DNA from: Dehalococcoidia bacterium
GTDB taxonomy: Bacteria; Chloroflexota; Dehalococcoidia; Lucifugimonadales; Australimonadaceae
Reading direction: 5' to 3'
Length of the DNA: 64,000 bases
NCBI GenBank assembly: GCA_965248065.1
Contig: OZ252088.1
Location: forward strand, 1,292,773 to 1,356,772
This document shows positions 26,386 to 34,985 of this stretch, in pieces. Each line of letters starts with the position of its first letter. Position 1 is the first letter of the stretch. The notes under the pieces were generated by a model, which worked only from the letters and a program-made list of their open reading frames with translations, was not told the origin of the DNA and searched no databases. A program made the position numbers and the translations under genes.

Positions 26386-27948
26386 TCACAGGGGGATGTT
26401 GCCGTGCTTCTTGGGCGGAAGGGTGTCGCGCTTGTTCTGGAGGGCGTCGAGGGCGTGAATCAGCTTGGGCCGGGTCTCGGCGGGGTCGATGACGTCGTCG
26501 ATGAAGCCTCGCTCGGCTGCTCGGTAGGGGTTCGCAAAGTTCGCGCGGTACTCCTCGATGAGCTCGGCGCGCGTGGCCTCCGGGTTCTCGGAGTCGGCGA
26601 GCCTGCGCCGGTGGATGATGTTCACGGCGGCGTCGGGGCCCATGACGGCGATCTCCGCGGACGGCCAGGCGAGGTTTATGTCGGTGCGCAAGTGCTTGCT
26701 GCCCATGACGACGTAGGCGCCGCCGTAGGCCTTGCGGGTCACCACGGTGATCTTCGGGACAGTCGCCTCGGCGTAGGCATAGAGGAGCTTCGCGCCCTGG
26801 CGGATGATGCCGCGGTGCTCCTGGTCCTTGCCGGGCATGTAGCCGGGCACGTCGGCGAAGGTGATGATGGGGATGTTGAAGGCGTCGCAGAACCGGACGA
26901 ACCGTGCAGCCTTGACGGAGGCGTGGATGTCGATGACGCCGGCCAGGTAGGCGGGCTGCTGGGCGACGATTCCGACGCTGCGTCCGTTGAGGCGTCCGAA
27001 GCCGATGATTATGTTCGGTGCGAAGGCGCTTTGGACGTTGAAGAAGTCGCCGTTGTCCACGATGCGTTCGAGCACGTCGAGCATGTCGTAAGAGCGGGCC
27101 GACTCTTCGGGGACGATGTCGCGGAGGGCCTCGTCCGCGCGCTCGGGGTCGTCGTCCTGGTCCCCGAGGGGCGTGTCGTCCAGGTTGTTGAGGGGGAGGA
27201 AGCTGAGGAGCCGCCGGATGGTCTCCATGCATTCTTCTTCGGAGTCCAGGGTGAAGTGGGAGACGCCGGAGAAGGTGGCATGGGCGTCGGCGCCGCCGAG
27301 CTCCTCGTGGGATATCTCCTCGCCGGTGACGGCTTTGATGACGTCCGGGCCGGTGATGAACATCTGGGAGACGCCGCGAACCATGAGGGTGAAGTCGGTG
27401 ATGGCTGGCGAGTAGACGGCGCCGCCTGCTGAGGGGCCGAGGATGGCGGATATCTGGGGCACGACGCCCGACGCGAGGGTGTTGCGCATGAAGATTTCGC
27501 CATAGCCGGCGAGGCTGAGGACGCCTTCCTGGATGCGCGCGCCGCCGGAGTCGCCGATGCCGATGATGGGCGCGCCGTTCCGCATGGCGAGGTCCATCAC
27601 CTTGCATATCTTCTCGGCGGTCACCTCGGAGAGGGAGCCGCCGAAAACGGTGAAGTCTTGGGAGTAGACGTAGGCGGTGCGTCCGTTGATCTTGCCGTAG
27701 CCGGTGACGACGGAATCGCCGGGGAATTTCTTGTCCGCGACGCCGAATTCGCTGGAGCGGTGGGTGACGAAGGAGTCGAGCTCCTCGAACGTCCCGGGGT
27801 CGAGGAGGAGGGCGATACGCTCGCGCGCGGTGAGCTTGCCCTTGGCGTGCTGCTGCTCGATGCGCGCGGCGCCGCCCGACGACTCGGGCCCCTGCTTGCG
27901 GAGCTTCAAGTCTTCGAGGCGGTCCTGGGCCTTCTTCTCAACGACCAT
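26386..27948 (-). CDS. pccB: acyl-CoA (propionyl-/methylmalonyl-CoA) carboxyltransferase beta subunit
   Basis: 520 aa. [51 protein letters not shown]. Classic carboxyl-transferase family. Confidence 0.9.
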   Translation of the reverse strand: MVVEKKAQDRLEDLKLRKQGPESSGGAARIEQQHAKGKLTARERIALLLDPGTFEELDSFVTHRSSEFGVADKKFPGDSVVTGYGKINGRTAYVYSQDFTVFGGSLSEVTAEKICKVMDLAMRNGAPIIGIGDSGGARIQEGVLSLAGYGEIFMRNTLASGVVPQISAILGPSAGGAVYSPAITDFTLMVRGVSQMFITGPDVIKAVTGEEISHEELGGADAHATFSGVSHFTLDSEEECMETIRRLLSFLPLNNLDDTPLGDQDDDPERADEALRDIVPEESARSYDMLDVLERIVDNGDFFNVQSAFAPNIIIGFGRLNGRSVGIVAQQPAYLAGVIDIHASVKAARFVRFCDAFNIPIITFADVPGYMPGKDQEHRGIIRQGAKLLYAYAEATVPKITVVTRKAYGGAYVVMGSKHLRTDINLAWPSAEIAVMGPDAAVNIIHRRRLADSENPEATRAELIEEYRANFANPYRAAERGFIDDVIDPAETRPKLIHALDALQNKRDTLPPKKHGNIPL

Positions 27949-28217
27949 AGCGCGCCTATGGGGCGGCGCATGACAAGGCGCGCGACCCCGGGGGAGGATA
28001 CGTCATCCTAGCACCGGCCCACGCGAGAGCCAAGTTGCCGGGGCGGCCCGTTTGGCGCGATACAGGGACTGCCGGTGCGGAAATCGGCTGGTTCCGTCAC
28101 CCTAGGCGGCATGGTATGGGGCGTGGGCGTTCTGGTATCATTCGCCGAGTTGCAAAGGTCCGGCGGACAACCGGACTCTCACATGCCGACTCTCTCAAAA
28201 TATCGCGACTGAGGAAA

Positions 28218-28898
28218 ATGACTACCGGCGTCTCTTATAACTCAGACGAAGAACTCGTGAAGCGTCTCCAGGTCGTGCTCCGCCATTACGCGAGAGCGGG
28301 GGATGACGGAAGGCTGGGCGGCGACGGCGTGCGGGAGGTGCGGAGCATTGCCGCCACGCTCGCGGGGCGCATCTATGACGACCCCCAGAAGTGGGGCATC
28401 GCCGATATCCGAGAGGACTTCCGGGACGACGCGGCCGCCGACACGCTGGCGAAGCTGCTCTCTGGGGCCGCCGAGCTCACGGGTAGGCAGGTCGTATCCG
28501 AGTGGTTCAGCCGGGCGGTGGAATCGAGGTTCCGCCAGCTGTGGAGCATGTCGGAGCGCCAGGCCGAGGAGCGGGAAACCAAGGCCGAGGAAGGCGTCCC
28601 TGCGCCGGACCCGGCCTCGGGCGCAGACGATGCCGCCGTATTCGAGGAGAACGGGGAGCTTTGGCGCCGGTTCGAGTCCGAGTTCCCGCGCGACGCGTTC
28701 GTTCTGCGCCTTCGCTACATGCTGGGCCGCAGCGCGGCCGAGATGGCCGTGATGTTGGACGCGCCAGGCCCCCAAGCTATCGGAATCCGCATCAACCGGG
28801 GCCGCGAGCGGTTCAAGATGTTCTGTGAGCAGGCGGGCTTCGGACGTCGCGAGGTCGCAGGGATCATGGCGCGGATCGCGGAGGAGCAGGAATCGTGA
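28218..28898 (+). CDS. sigma-70 region-4-like (ECF-type HTH) domain protein
   Basis: Trimmed to ATG 28218 (GAGGA upstream). The C-terminus FVLRLRYMLGRSAAEMAVMLDAPGPQAIGIRINRGRERFKMF fits the sigma70_r4_2 pattern. No recognisable region 2. Its TGA stop overlaps the GTG start of the next gene (GTGA). Confidence 0.5.
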   Translation: MTTGVSYNSDEELVKRLQVVLRHYARAGDDGRLGGDGVREVRSIAATLAGRIYDDPQKWGIADIREDFRDDAAADTLAKLLSGAAELTGRQVVSEWFSRAVESRFRQLWSMSERQAEERETKAEEGVPAPDPASGADDAAVFEENGELWRRFESEFPRDAFVLRLRYMLGRSAAEMAVMLDAPGPQAIGIRINRGRERFKMFCEQAGFGRREVAGIMARIAEEQES

Positions 28899-30400
28899 CC
28901 GAGCAGCCCATGAGCTCGATTGTCGTCGGTCGGCAGGCGTGGGTGCGCTTCGCTATGGATGCGACCGAGCGCTGGCTGAGCGTCTCCGGCGGGCTACCGT
29001 CCGAGATGACGCGCTTTGCCGCCTACATGCGGGAGCTGCGCTACCGCTCACGCCTCTCGCTGTTGGACCTGGCGGGCGAGCTTCAGGTCTCCTATGAGGA
29101 CCTGGCGATGCTCGAGCAGGGCCTGCTTCGGCCCTCGGAAGTTTCGACGGCCACCTGGGTCCGCCTGATGCGCTTACTGGAGGGGCGGGACATCCTGACC
29201 GTGCACGTGCCCCCTCCGCAGGAGGCGGACGTTCTGGCCGCGGCCGATTCCGACGAGCTTTGGGCGGTGGGGGAGATTTCCGGTTCCCAGTCCGGCACGA
29301 GCATGCGCGGGGCGGGCATGCAGCCGTTCGGCATCGCGCGTATCAAGGTCATAGGGGTAGGCGGCGGCGGCTCGAACGCAGTCAACCGCATGTACCGGCA
29401 GCGGATTGCAGGAGTGGACTACTTCGCGGTCAATACCGACGCGCAGCACCTGATCCACCTAGACCTGCCGGAGAAGATCCGCATCGGGGACCGTCTGGCG
29501 CGCGGGCTGGGGGTCGGAGGCGACCCGAGGCTTGGCCGCGAGTCCGCGGAGGAGTCGCGCGAGGACCTGTACGACATACTGAACGGCACCGATATGGTCT
29601 TCATCGCCGCGGGCATGGGCGGGGGGACGGGCACGGGGGCCGCTCCCGTCGTGGCGGAGATTGCAAAAGAGGTAGGCGCGCTCACCATTGCGGTCGTTAC
29701 GAAGCCGTTCCAGTTCGAGGGGCGTCGGCGGGCGCAGCAGGCCGACATGGGCATAAGCGCTCTGCGCGGGAACGTGGACACGCTGATCCTCATCCCGAAC
29801 GATAGACTCAACGCGGTGTCCGACGAGCGGATGACCGCCGAGAACGCGTTCCGGATCGCGGACGACGTGCTCCGGCAAGGCGTGCAGTCGATCGCCGAGC
29901 TCGTCACGATTCCGGGCGAGATAAACCTGGACTTCGCGGACGTGAGGGCGGTCATGCTCGGGGCCGGACCGGCCTGGATGGCGATCGGGCACGGGCGGGG
30001 AACTCAGCGGGCGCAGGAAGCCGCGAAAGAGGCGATGGCCAGCCCGCTGCTCGACGCGCCTATCGAGGGCGCGACCCGCGTCCTCCTGAACATCACGGGC
30101 GGCTCGGACCTGACGCTGCAGGAGGTGCAGGAGGCGGCAGACTTCATCTCGCGGCTGGTGGACCCGAACGCCAACATCATCTTCGGTATGGTCAACGACC
30201 CGAAGATGGAGGACGAGGTCCGTGTGACGGTGATCGCCACGGGCCTGCCCGAAGGAGAGGATGTCCTCAGCAAGTCGCTCGAAGACATGCTCGATCAGTC
30301 ATTCGACGATGATGCGGCGCCTTTCGAAGACTCGGAGCCGACGGTGGAGGTGCCGGGGTTCCTTCGCAGGTTGGGCTTCGGCCGGCGTTCCGACCGATAG
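28895..30400 (+). CDS. ftsZ: cell-division GTPase FtsZ with ~140-aa N-terminal extension containing an XRE-type HTH
   Basis: FtsZ core from ~aa 145: IKVIGVGGGGSNAVNRM, AGMGGGTGTGAAPVVAEIAKE, NLDFADV. The extension (MRELRYRSRLSLLDLAGELQVSYEDLAMLEQG) is in frame, has no stop, and is GC3-rich and protein-like. Internal ATGs at 29303 and 29318 are alternative starts. Confidence 0.85.
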   Translation: MTEQPMSSIVVGRQAWVRFAMDATERWLSVSGGLPSEMTRFAAYMRELRYRSRLSLLDLAGELQVSYEDLAMLEQGLLRPSEVSTATWVRLMRLLEGRDILTVHVPPPQEADVLAAADSDELWAVGEISGSQSGTSMRGAGMQPFGIARIKVIGVGGGGSNAVNRMYRQRIAGVDYFAVNTDAQHLIHLDLPEKIRIGDRLARGLGVGGDPRLGRESAEESREDLYDILNGTDMVFIAAGMGGGTGTGAAPVVAEIAKEVGALTIAVVTKPFQFEGRRRAQQADMGISALRGNVDTLILIPNDRLNAVSDERMTAENAFRIADDVLRQGVQSIAELVTIPGEINLDFADVRAVMLGAGPAWMAIGHGRGTQRAQEAAKEAMASPLLDAPIEGATRVLLNITGGSDLTLQEVQEAADFISRLVDPNANIIFGMVNDPKMEDEVRVTVIATGLPEGEDVLSKSLEDMLDQSFDDDAAPFEDSEPTVEVPGFLRRLGFGRRSDR

Positions 30401-30441
30401 CAGGCGTCGTCCTGAGACTTGCGCGGGCTGTCGTTCCGCTG

Positions 30442-31881
30442 TTGATTGTCTCGATTGCGGCTTTGGCCGCCGCTTCGCAGTCCCCAAATGCCGCGCTTCC
30501 CACGCTGGAGCTGGAGCGAACGTTTCCCGCGCTCAGGTTCGAGCGGCCGGTGCTACTCACCCATGCAGGCGACGGCTCGGGGCTCGTGTACGTCGTGGAG
30601 CAGGCCGGCGTCATCTACCGGCTGGACCCCGCGGAGCCGGAGCGGTCGGAGGTATTCCTCGACATCCGCGCTCGCGTGAGCCGGGACAGGAACGAGGAGG
30701 GCCTACTGGGTCTGGCCTTCGATCCGGCTTTCGGGGAGAGCGGGCGCTTCTATGTGTACTACAGCGCGGCGGCCCCTCGCCGGTCCGTCCTGTCGCGGTT
30801 TGAGGTCGGCGGCGGTCTGGGAGACGCGGGCTCGGAAGCGATGATTCTGGAAGTGGACCAGCCCTTTTCCAACCACAACGGCGGGATGATCGCGTTTGGG
30901 CCGGATGGGATGCTGTACGTTGCGTTGGGGGACGGCGGTTCGAGCGGGGACCCTCTGGGGAACGGGCAGAATCTCGGCACGCTCTTGGGCTCCATACTCC
31001 GGATCGACGTGGGGCAGGGCGCTCCTTACGTCACACCAACCGATAATCCCTTTTTGGGGAGGCCCGGCGCCCGCGGCGAGATATGGGCCTACGGGCTTCG
31101 CAATCCGTGGCGATTCTCCTTTGACAAGGAGACAGGCGAGCTGTGGACGGGCGACGTGGGCCAGGACGCCGTGGAAGAGGTCAACATCGTGCGCCGGGGC
31201 GCCAACTACGGGTGGAACGTGATGGAGGGGTCCCGCTGCTTTCGCGCCGCGTCGTGCGAGGCCGGCGGTATGGAGGCGCCTGTCGCGGAGTACGGCCATA
31301 GGCTCGGCTGCTCGGTAACCGGCGGGTACGTCTACCGGGGGGAGCGCCTGCCGGAGCTCCAGGGCGTTTACCTGTACGCGGACTTCTGCACCGGCCTCAT
31401 CTGGGGGCTCCGGCACGACGGCGAGCGAGTGACGGAGCAGGGGCAGATTGCCGACGCTCCATTCCAGATAGCGTCGTTTGGGGAGGACGAGGCCGGGGAG
31501 GTCTACATCCTTGGGTTCGACGGAGGCGTCTACACGTTTGCTCCGCCGCCCGGCCAAGCGCCGCCGACTCCAACGGCGACACTCATGCCAACTCCCACGA
31601 GCGCGCCGACGTCCGTGCTCGCGCCCACGGCCGCTCCGCCTGGTGGACCTACGCTTGCGCCGACATCCGGCCTCGCACCCACCGTTACCCCGTCCGGTGA
31701 ACCCACGCTCACGCCTACGCCCGTTTCGTCCATGAGCGCGCCCGCCGTCAGGCCAACGCCGACGCCGTCGGCGGAGCCCTCGTCCAATGCGTTGGCGTGG
31801 GTCCTCATGATAGTGGTCCCGGCGGTTGGGTTGGTTGTTGGAATCGTCGTCTACCTTGTGCGGAGGTCGAGGAGCGGTTAG
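30442..31881 (+). CDS. PQQ-dependent sugar (glucose/sorbosone) dehydrogenase-like beta-propeller with C-terminal Pro/Thr linker and TM anchor
   Basis: EGLLGLAFDP, FSNHNGGMIAFGPDGMLYVALGDGG, YGLRNPWRFSFD, GANYGWNVMEG. C-terminus PTPTATLMPTPTSAPT... then WVLMIVVPAVGLVVGIVVYLV. TTG start as in the track. Confidence 0.8.
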   Translation: MIVSIAALAAASQSPNAALPTLELERTFPALRFERPVLLTHAGDGSGLVYVVEQAGVIYRLDPAEPERSEVFLDIRARVSRDRNEEGLLGLAFDPAFGESGRFYVYYSAAAPRRSVLSRFEVGGGLGDAGSEAMILEVDQPFSNHNGGMIAFGPDGMLYVALGDGGSSGDPLGNGQNLGTLLGSILRIDVGQGAPYVTPTDNPFLGRPGARGEIWAYGLRNPWRFSFDKETGELWTGDVGQDAVEEVNIVRRGANYGWNVMEGSRCFRAASCEAGGMEAPVAEYGHRLGCSVTGGYVYRGERLPELQGVYLYADFCTGLIWGLRHDGERVTEQGQIADAPFQIASFGEDEAGEVYILGFDGGVYTFAPPPGQAPPTPTATLMPTPTSAPTSVLAPTAAPPGGPTLAPTSGLAPTVTPSGEPTLTPTPVSSMSAPAVRPTPTPSAEPSSNALAWVLMIVVPAVGLVVGIVVYLVRRSRSG

Positions 31882-33284
31882 ACGGCGCCCTGGTAGATGC
31901 GCGTGTCCGGCTTGAAGGCGGCCCAGGCGAACCAGAAGTGGTCTTGGGCGTTGACGCGCTCCAATTGTCGGCTGGTCATCGGCCCGGCGACCGCAGCCCC
32001 AAGGATGCTCCAGGAGCTGCCGGTCTCGTTGTCAACGATGGCGCCGGTCGCGGCGTCGCCTTCCAGCCGGAACGTGAGGGGTTGGCCGTCCAGCTCCGGC
32101 CTGAACACGCCAGTCGAGCCGAGGTCTTCGGCCTGGGCAATCTGGGCGGCGCCGAGGGCCGAGTTCGTTCCGAGCTCGAAGAAGACGACGATCTCCTCGC
32201 CGCCGACCTCGTCGTGAACGACGCGCTCTTCCCGGAGCAAGGGGTAAGGGAAGGCTGCGGCGTCGCCATTGATCTCGACGGCGGCTACGCGCTCCTTGGG
32301 GAGCAGTCGCGGGTCCGTGTTGGCGGGTCCGCCGGTCTCCGGGTCGATGTAGAGGAACGGCGGGTTGTCGACGCGGTCGTAGCCGACGTATGGATTGCTC
32401 CCGTACCGGCGGACGTGGCCGGTCTCCCGCGAGAGGACGTCGCCGTGGGGGTAGGCTTCCATGAACGTGGCCCAAGAGATGAGCTGCGCGGGGACGAAGG
32501 CGAGTTGGCCGCCAGCCAGCGCGCCGACGAGGCCTTCGCCAGTGAGCTGCTGCCACCAGCTTTCGGTCTGCCGGTCCCACATGATGAGGTCGCTGTTGCG
32601 CAGGTTGCCGGAGACGCCGAAGTCGTAGACGACGCCGTCGAGGTCGCGCTCGAACACGACCGCCGAGTTGCAGAGAGGGCAGAAGGTGACGGCGACCGGA
32701 ACGCCGCCGAGCCGGTCGTTGGCAATCTCATGCCAGGTGAGAATCTGCAGGGGATAGGCGCGGGCCTCGCCGTTCACCTCCAGCGCGATTACCGGCTCCA
32801 TGTCCTCTATCCATTCGTCGGCCTCGGCGATGGGGACGGACTTGGGGTCGTCGATGGGCGGGATGCCGTCGCGAGGCACGCCTCCGGAGAAGACTTCGTT
32901 GAAGGGGATGGTGTGGAAGCGGAAGTCGGTTTTCCAGACGCGGGTGGAGATGGGGGAAAGCCGGAGGTCCTCGGCGTAGTCAGGGTCGGCGGCGACGAGG
33001 TAGGCGTTGACCTCGGCATCCGGCCCGACGGTCGGCGCGGGACGGCTCGTCGGCGCGGGCGCCGCAGGAGGAGCCGTTGGGGTGGGAGCGGCTGTGGGGG
33101 CGGAGGTCGGCGCCGGCGTGGGAGTCGGGGTCTCGGGCTGTCGAGGCGTTTCGATAGGGGTCGCGGTCGGTGTTGGGGTGGGCGTGCTTGCGGGGCTACA
33201 GGCGGCCGCCGCGAGCGCTATCGCCGTTCCAACCGCCGCCAGCGCTAACCGACTATGTATATTCAGCAACCCCGCCTCCCTCAT
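31878..33284 (-). CDS. DUF3179-family lipoprotein with N-terminal Pro/Thr linker
   Basis: Lipobox LAAAAC; TPTPTPTATP... linker; conserved ILTWHEIAND and VTFCPLCNS segments characteristic of DUF3179 (from memory). Confidence 0.75.
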   Translation of the reverse strand: MREAGLLNIHSRLALAAVGTAIALAAAACSPASTPTPTPTATPIETPRQPETPTPTPAPTSAPTAAPTPTAPPAAPAPTSRPAPTVGPDAEVNAYLVAADPDYAEDLRLSPISTRVWKTDFRFHTIPFNEVFSGGVPRDGIPPIDDPKSVPIAEADEWIEDMEPVIALEVNGEARAYPLQILTWHEIANDRLGGVPVAVTFCPLCNSAVVFERDLDGVVYDFGVSGNLRNSDLIMWDRQTESWWQQLTGEGLVGALAGGQLAFVPAQLISWATFMEAYPHGDVLSRETGHVRRYGSNPYVGYDRVDNPPFLYIDPETGGPANTDPRLLPKERVAAVEINGDAAAFPYPLLREERVVHDEVGGEEIVVFFELGTNSALGAAQIAQAEDLGSTGVFRPELDGQPLTFRLEGDAATGAIVDNETGSSWSILGAAVAGPMTSRQLERVNAQDHFWFAWAAFKPDTRIYQGAV

Positions 33285-33334
33285 CGTTGATTGTTTGGAT
33301 GCGGAGGGCGGGGTTGGGGGTGCGGGTTAGGGGG

Positions 33335-34024
33335 CTAGGGATGGTTGGGTCCCTCCCCTAGGAGCGCGAGGATTCTGTTTTGTAACTGCTCACGCAGTTG
33401 GCTGGTGTCACTCCAGATTATGTGGGGATAGTGGTCGGTGTCGAATGCCAAGGTCGAGCCTTCGCGGCACAAATAGATCACAGGTATGCCTAAGCCGTGG
33501 GCGAAACCCGCCTCATAATAGACGCTTCCGCGCACCCCATCGCCGCCATGTGAAAAATCCGCTATCACAAAACGGGACCTGCGGATCTCGGCAATAATCT
33601 CATCGTCTATCTTACCAAGGAAATTCTTCTTGTCTATTCGCACCGGAGTGTAGCCGGTATCCTCGATAGCAGGTCTGATGCCATTCTCATAAGAATTGTT
33701 CATCGTATCATCGAACCACATGGCGACGAATGCTTGGGAAGTACTGAGATTGGTGTGTCGAGTTTCAAGATGGCGGTATCCGTTAGCGGTTACACGGAAT
33801 GTCTCTTGCGGTGCTGTCCACTGTATCAGTTCGCTATTGGACAAGTGTTCCAATAGTAAATAGATACGTTGCTGTGATATAACACTTAGCGATGAGTCCT
33901 TTGCTATTCTCGGAAGTAGTAAGTGTGTCTTTACATACGAACCTTCCGCATAATTCTCTGAGACAAATTGCAGCAGACGATTCGCTTGCTCATCTATGGG
34001 TAGCGCTTTAGGATTGTTGTTCAT
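33335..34024 (-). CDS. wHTH + nucleoside 2-deoxyribosyltransferase/TIR-like (Rossmannoid) domain protein, low-GC island gene 3
   Basis: Trimmed to ATG 34022-34024 (AAGGAG 9 nt upstream). The N-terminal ~90 aa are winged-helix-like. The C-terminal FVAMWFDD...DDEIIAEIRRSRFVIADFS...GSVYYEAGFAHGLGIPVIYL matches the D/E...YxEhGhAxGhGhPV pattern of NDT/TIR-like folds (pattern recognition only). Confidence 0.6.
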   Translation of the reverse strand: MNNNPKALPIDEQANRLLQFVSENYAEGSYVKTHLLLPRIAKDSSLSVISQQRIYLLLEHLSNSELIQWTAPQETFRVTANGYRHLETRHTNLSTSQAFVAMWFDDTMNNSYENGIRPAIEDTGYTPVRIDKKNFLGKIDDEIIAEIRRSRFVIADFSHGGDGVRGSVYYEAGFAHGLGIPVIYLCREGSTLAFDTDHYPHIIWSDTSQLREQLQNRILALLGEGPNHP

Positions 34025-34144
34025 TTGGAGTTTTCTCCTTACGGTATACTTATCCACTGTATGATTGCGGCTAGCTGGGCAACGTTTAGTGAGTGGATTC
34101 TTGACCGGAGTCTGCATCTCCCGTCTGACTAGATGGACTAGATG

Positions 34145-34630
34145 TTACTCGACGTTCAGTAACGCGGTCTTTGCTGCATTCGTCGAAATTAGCCCCGTTG
34201 CCCACCTTTCATAAATATCCATTACATCCTTTGTTTTGTCATCATCTGCGTACTGGTATGCATTCTGAATACCCGATTCAAGGTTATTGAATGCAGGTTC
34301 AGGAATTATCCATGTGACCCACTGGCGTTCATTGCATGAAAGAGTCACGAAGTAATCGCGGGGTTCACCAGAATCTCCTCCGATGTCGATTCTTCGTATT
34401 AAACCGACTTTCATGCTGACTTCTTCGCGACCACAAACTTGCACGAAGAAGTTGGCTAGGCTTCCTGGAGTATCACAGGCGATTGCAAGCTCATCATCAC
34501 ATGTACTAGTTCCACTGCTGTCCGAGATAAAAGGATACACGGATTGAACGAAAACCAATCCAAATAAGAGAAGGGCCCCTGCTATGGTCCCTAGAATGGA
34601 TAATAGCTTCTTGGGTACTGTCTCAGTCAT
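34145..34630 (-). CDS. N-terminally membrane-anchored protein of unknown function, low-GC island gene 2
   Basis: 161 aa. TM LLSILGTIAGALLLFGLVFV, then a Cys-containing soluble domain. AT-rich codon usage unlike the flanks. 8-nt overlap with gene 1. Confidence 0.6.
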   Translation of the reverse strand: MTETVPKKLLSILGTIAGALLLFGLVFVQSVYPFISDSSGTSTCDDELAIACDTPGSLANFFVQVCGREEVSMKVGLIRRIDIGGDSGEPRDYFVTLSCNERQWVTWIIPEPAFNNLESGIQNAYQYADDDKTKDVMDIYERWATGLISTNAAKTALLNVE

Positions 34631-34919
34631 GGTTGCTCTTCTCTGTCGCCGCTTTGATTATGCCGACCATAGCCGCGCCGAGAGCAAGGAGCCAAATCAC
34701 TATGCCGCCGATGAAGCCGATGAGCAGAAATATCTCGCAAATTCGGAACGCCGCGCCTATGGGCCAGATACCCCAGTTATAGAACTGTTCAGACGCATAG
34801 CTAACAATAACCAATGGCACTACCGCTATGAGCAACGCACAGAACCCGAACGCAAGGATTGCGCCGATGCCGAGAGACCCTTGCAAGATACCGAGGAAAG
34901 TGCGCTTACCTCTCTCCAT
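34623..34919 (-). CDS. small integral membrane protein (3 predicted TM helices), low-GC island gene 1
   Basis: 98 aa. Three long hydrophobic segments. AT-rich codons. First gene of the minus-strand triad. Confidence 0.6.
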   Translation of the reverse strand: MERGKRTFLGILQGSLGIGAILAFGFCALLIAVVPLVIVSYASEQFYNWGIWPIGAAFRICEIFLLIGFIGGIVIWLLALGAAMVGIIKAATEKSNHD

Positions 34920-34985
34920 AGGGGACCACCTGCGGGACGTTGTTGGTTGGTGTGGACACTAGCGCGTACCTGCAATCCCCAAGTG

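Noticed and set aside
28895-29302. The FtsZ N-terminal extension might be just upstream read-through of an ORF finder.
   Set aside because: I did not adopt this. The segment has strong third-position GC bias in this frame, a balanced amino-acid composition, an HTH-like motif and a GTGA coupling to the upstream gene. An internal start at 29303 or 29318 cannot be excluded without data.
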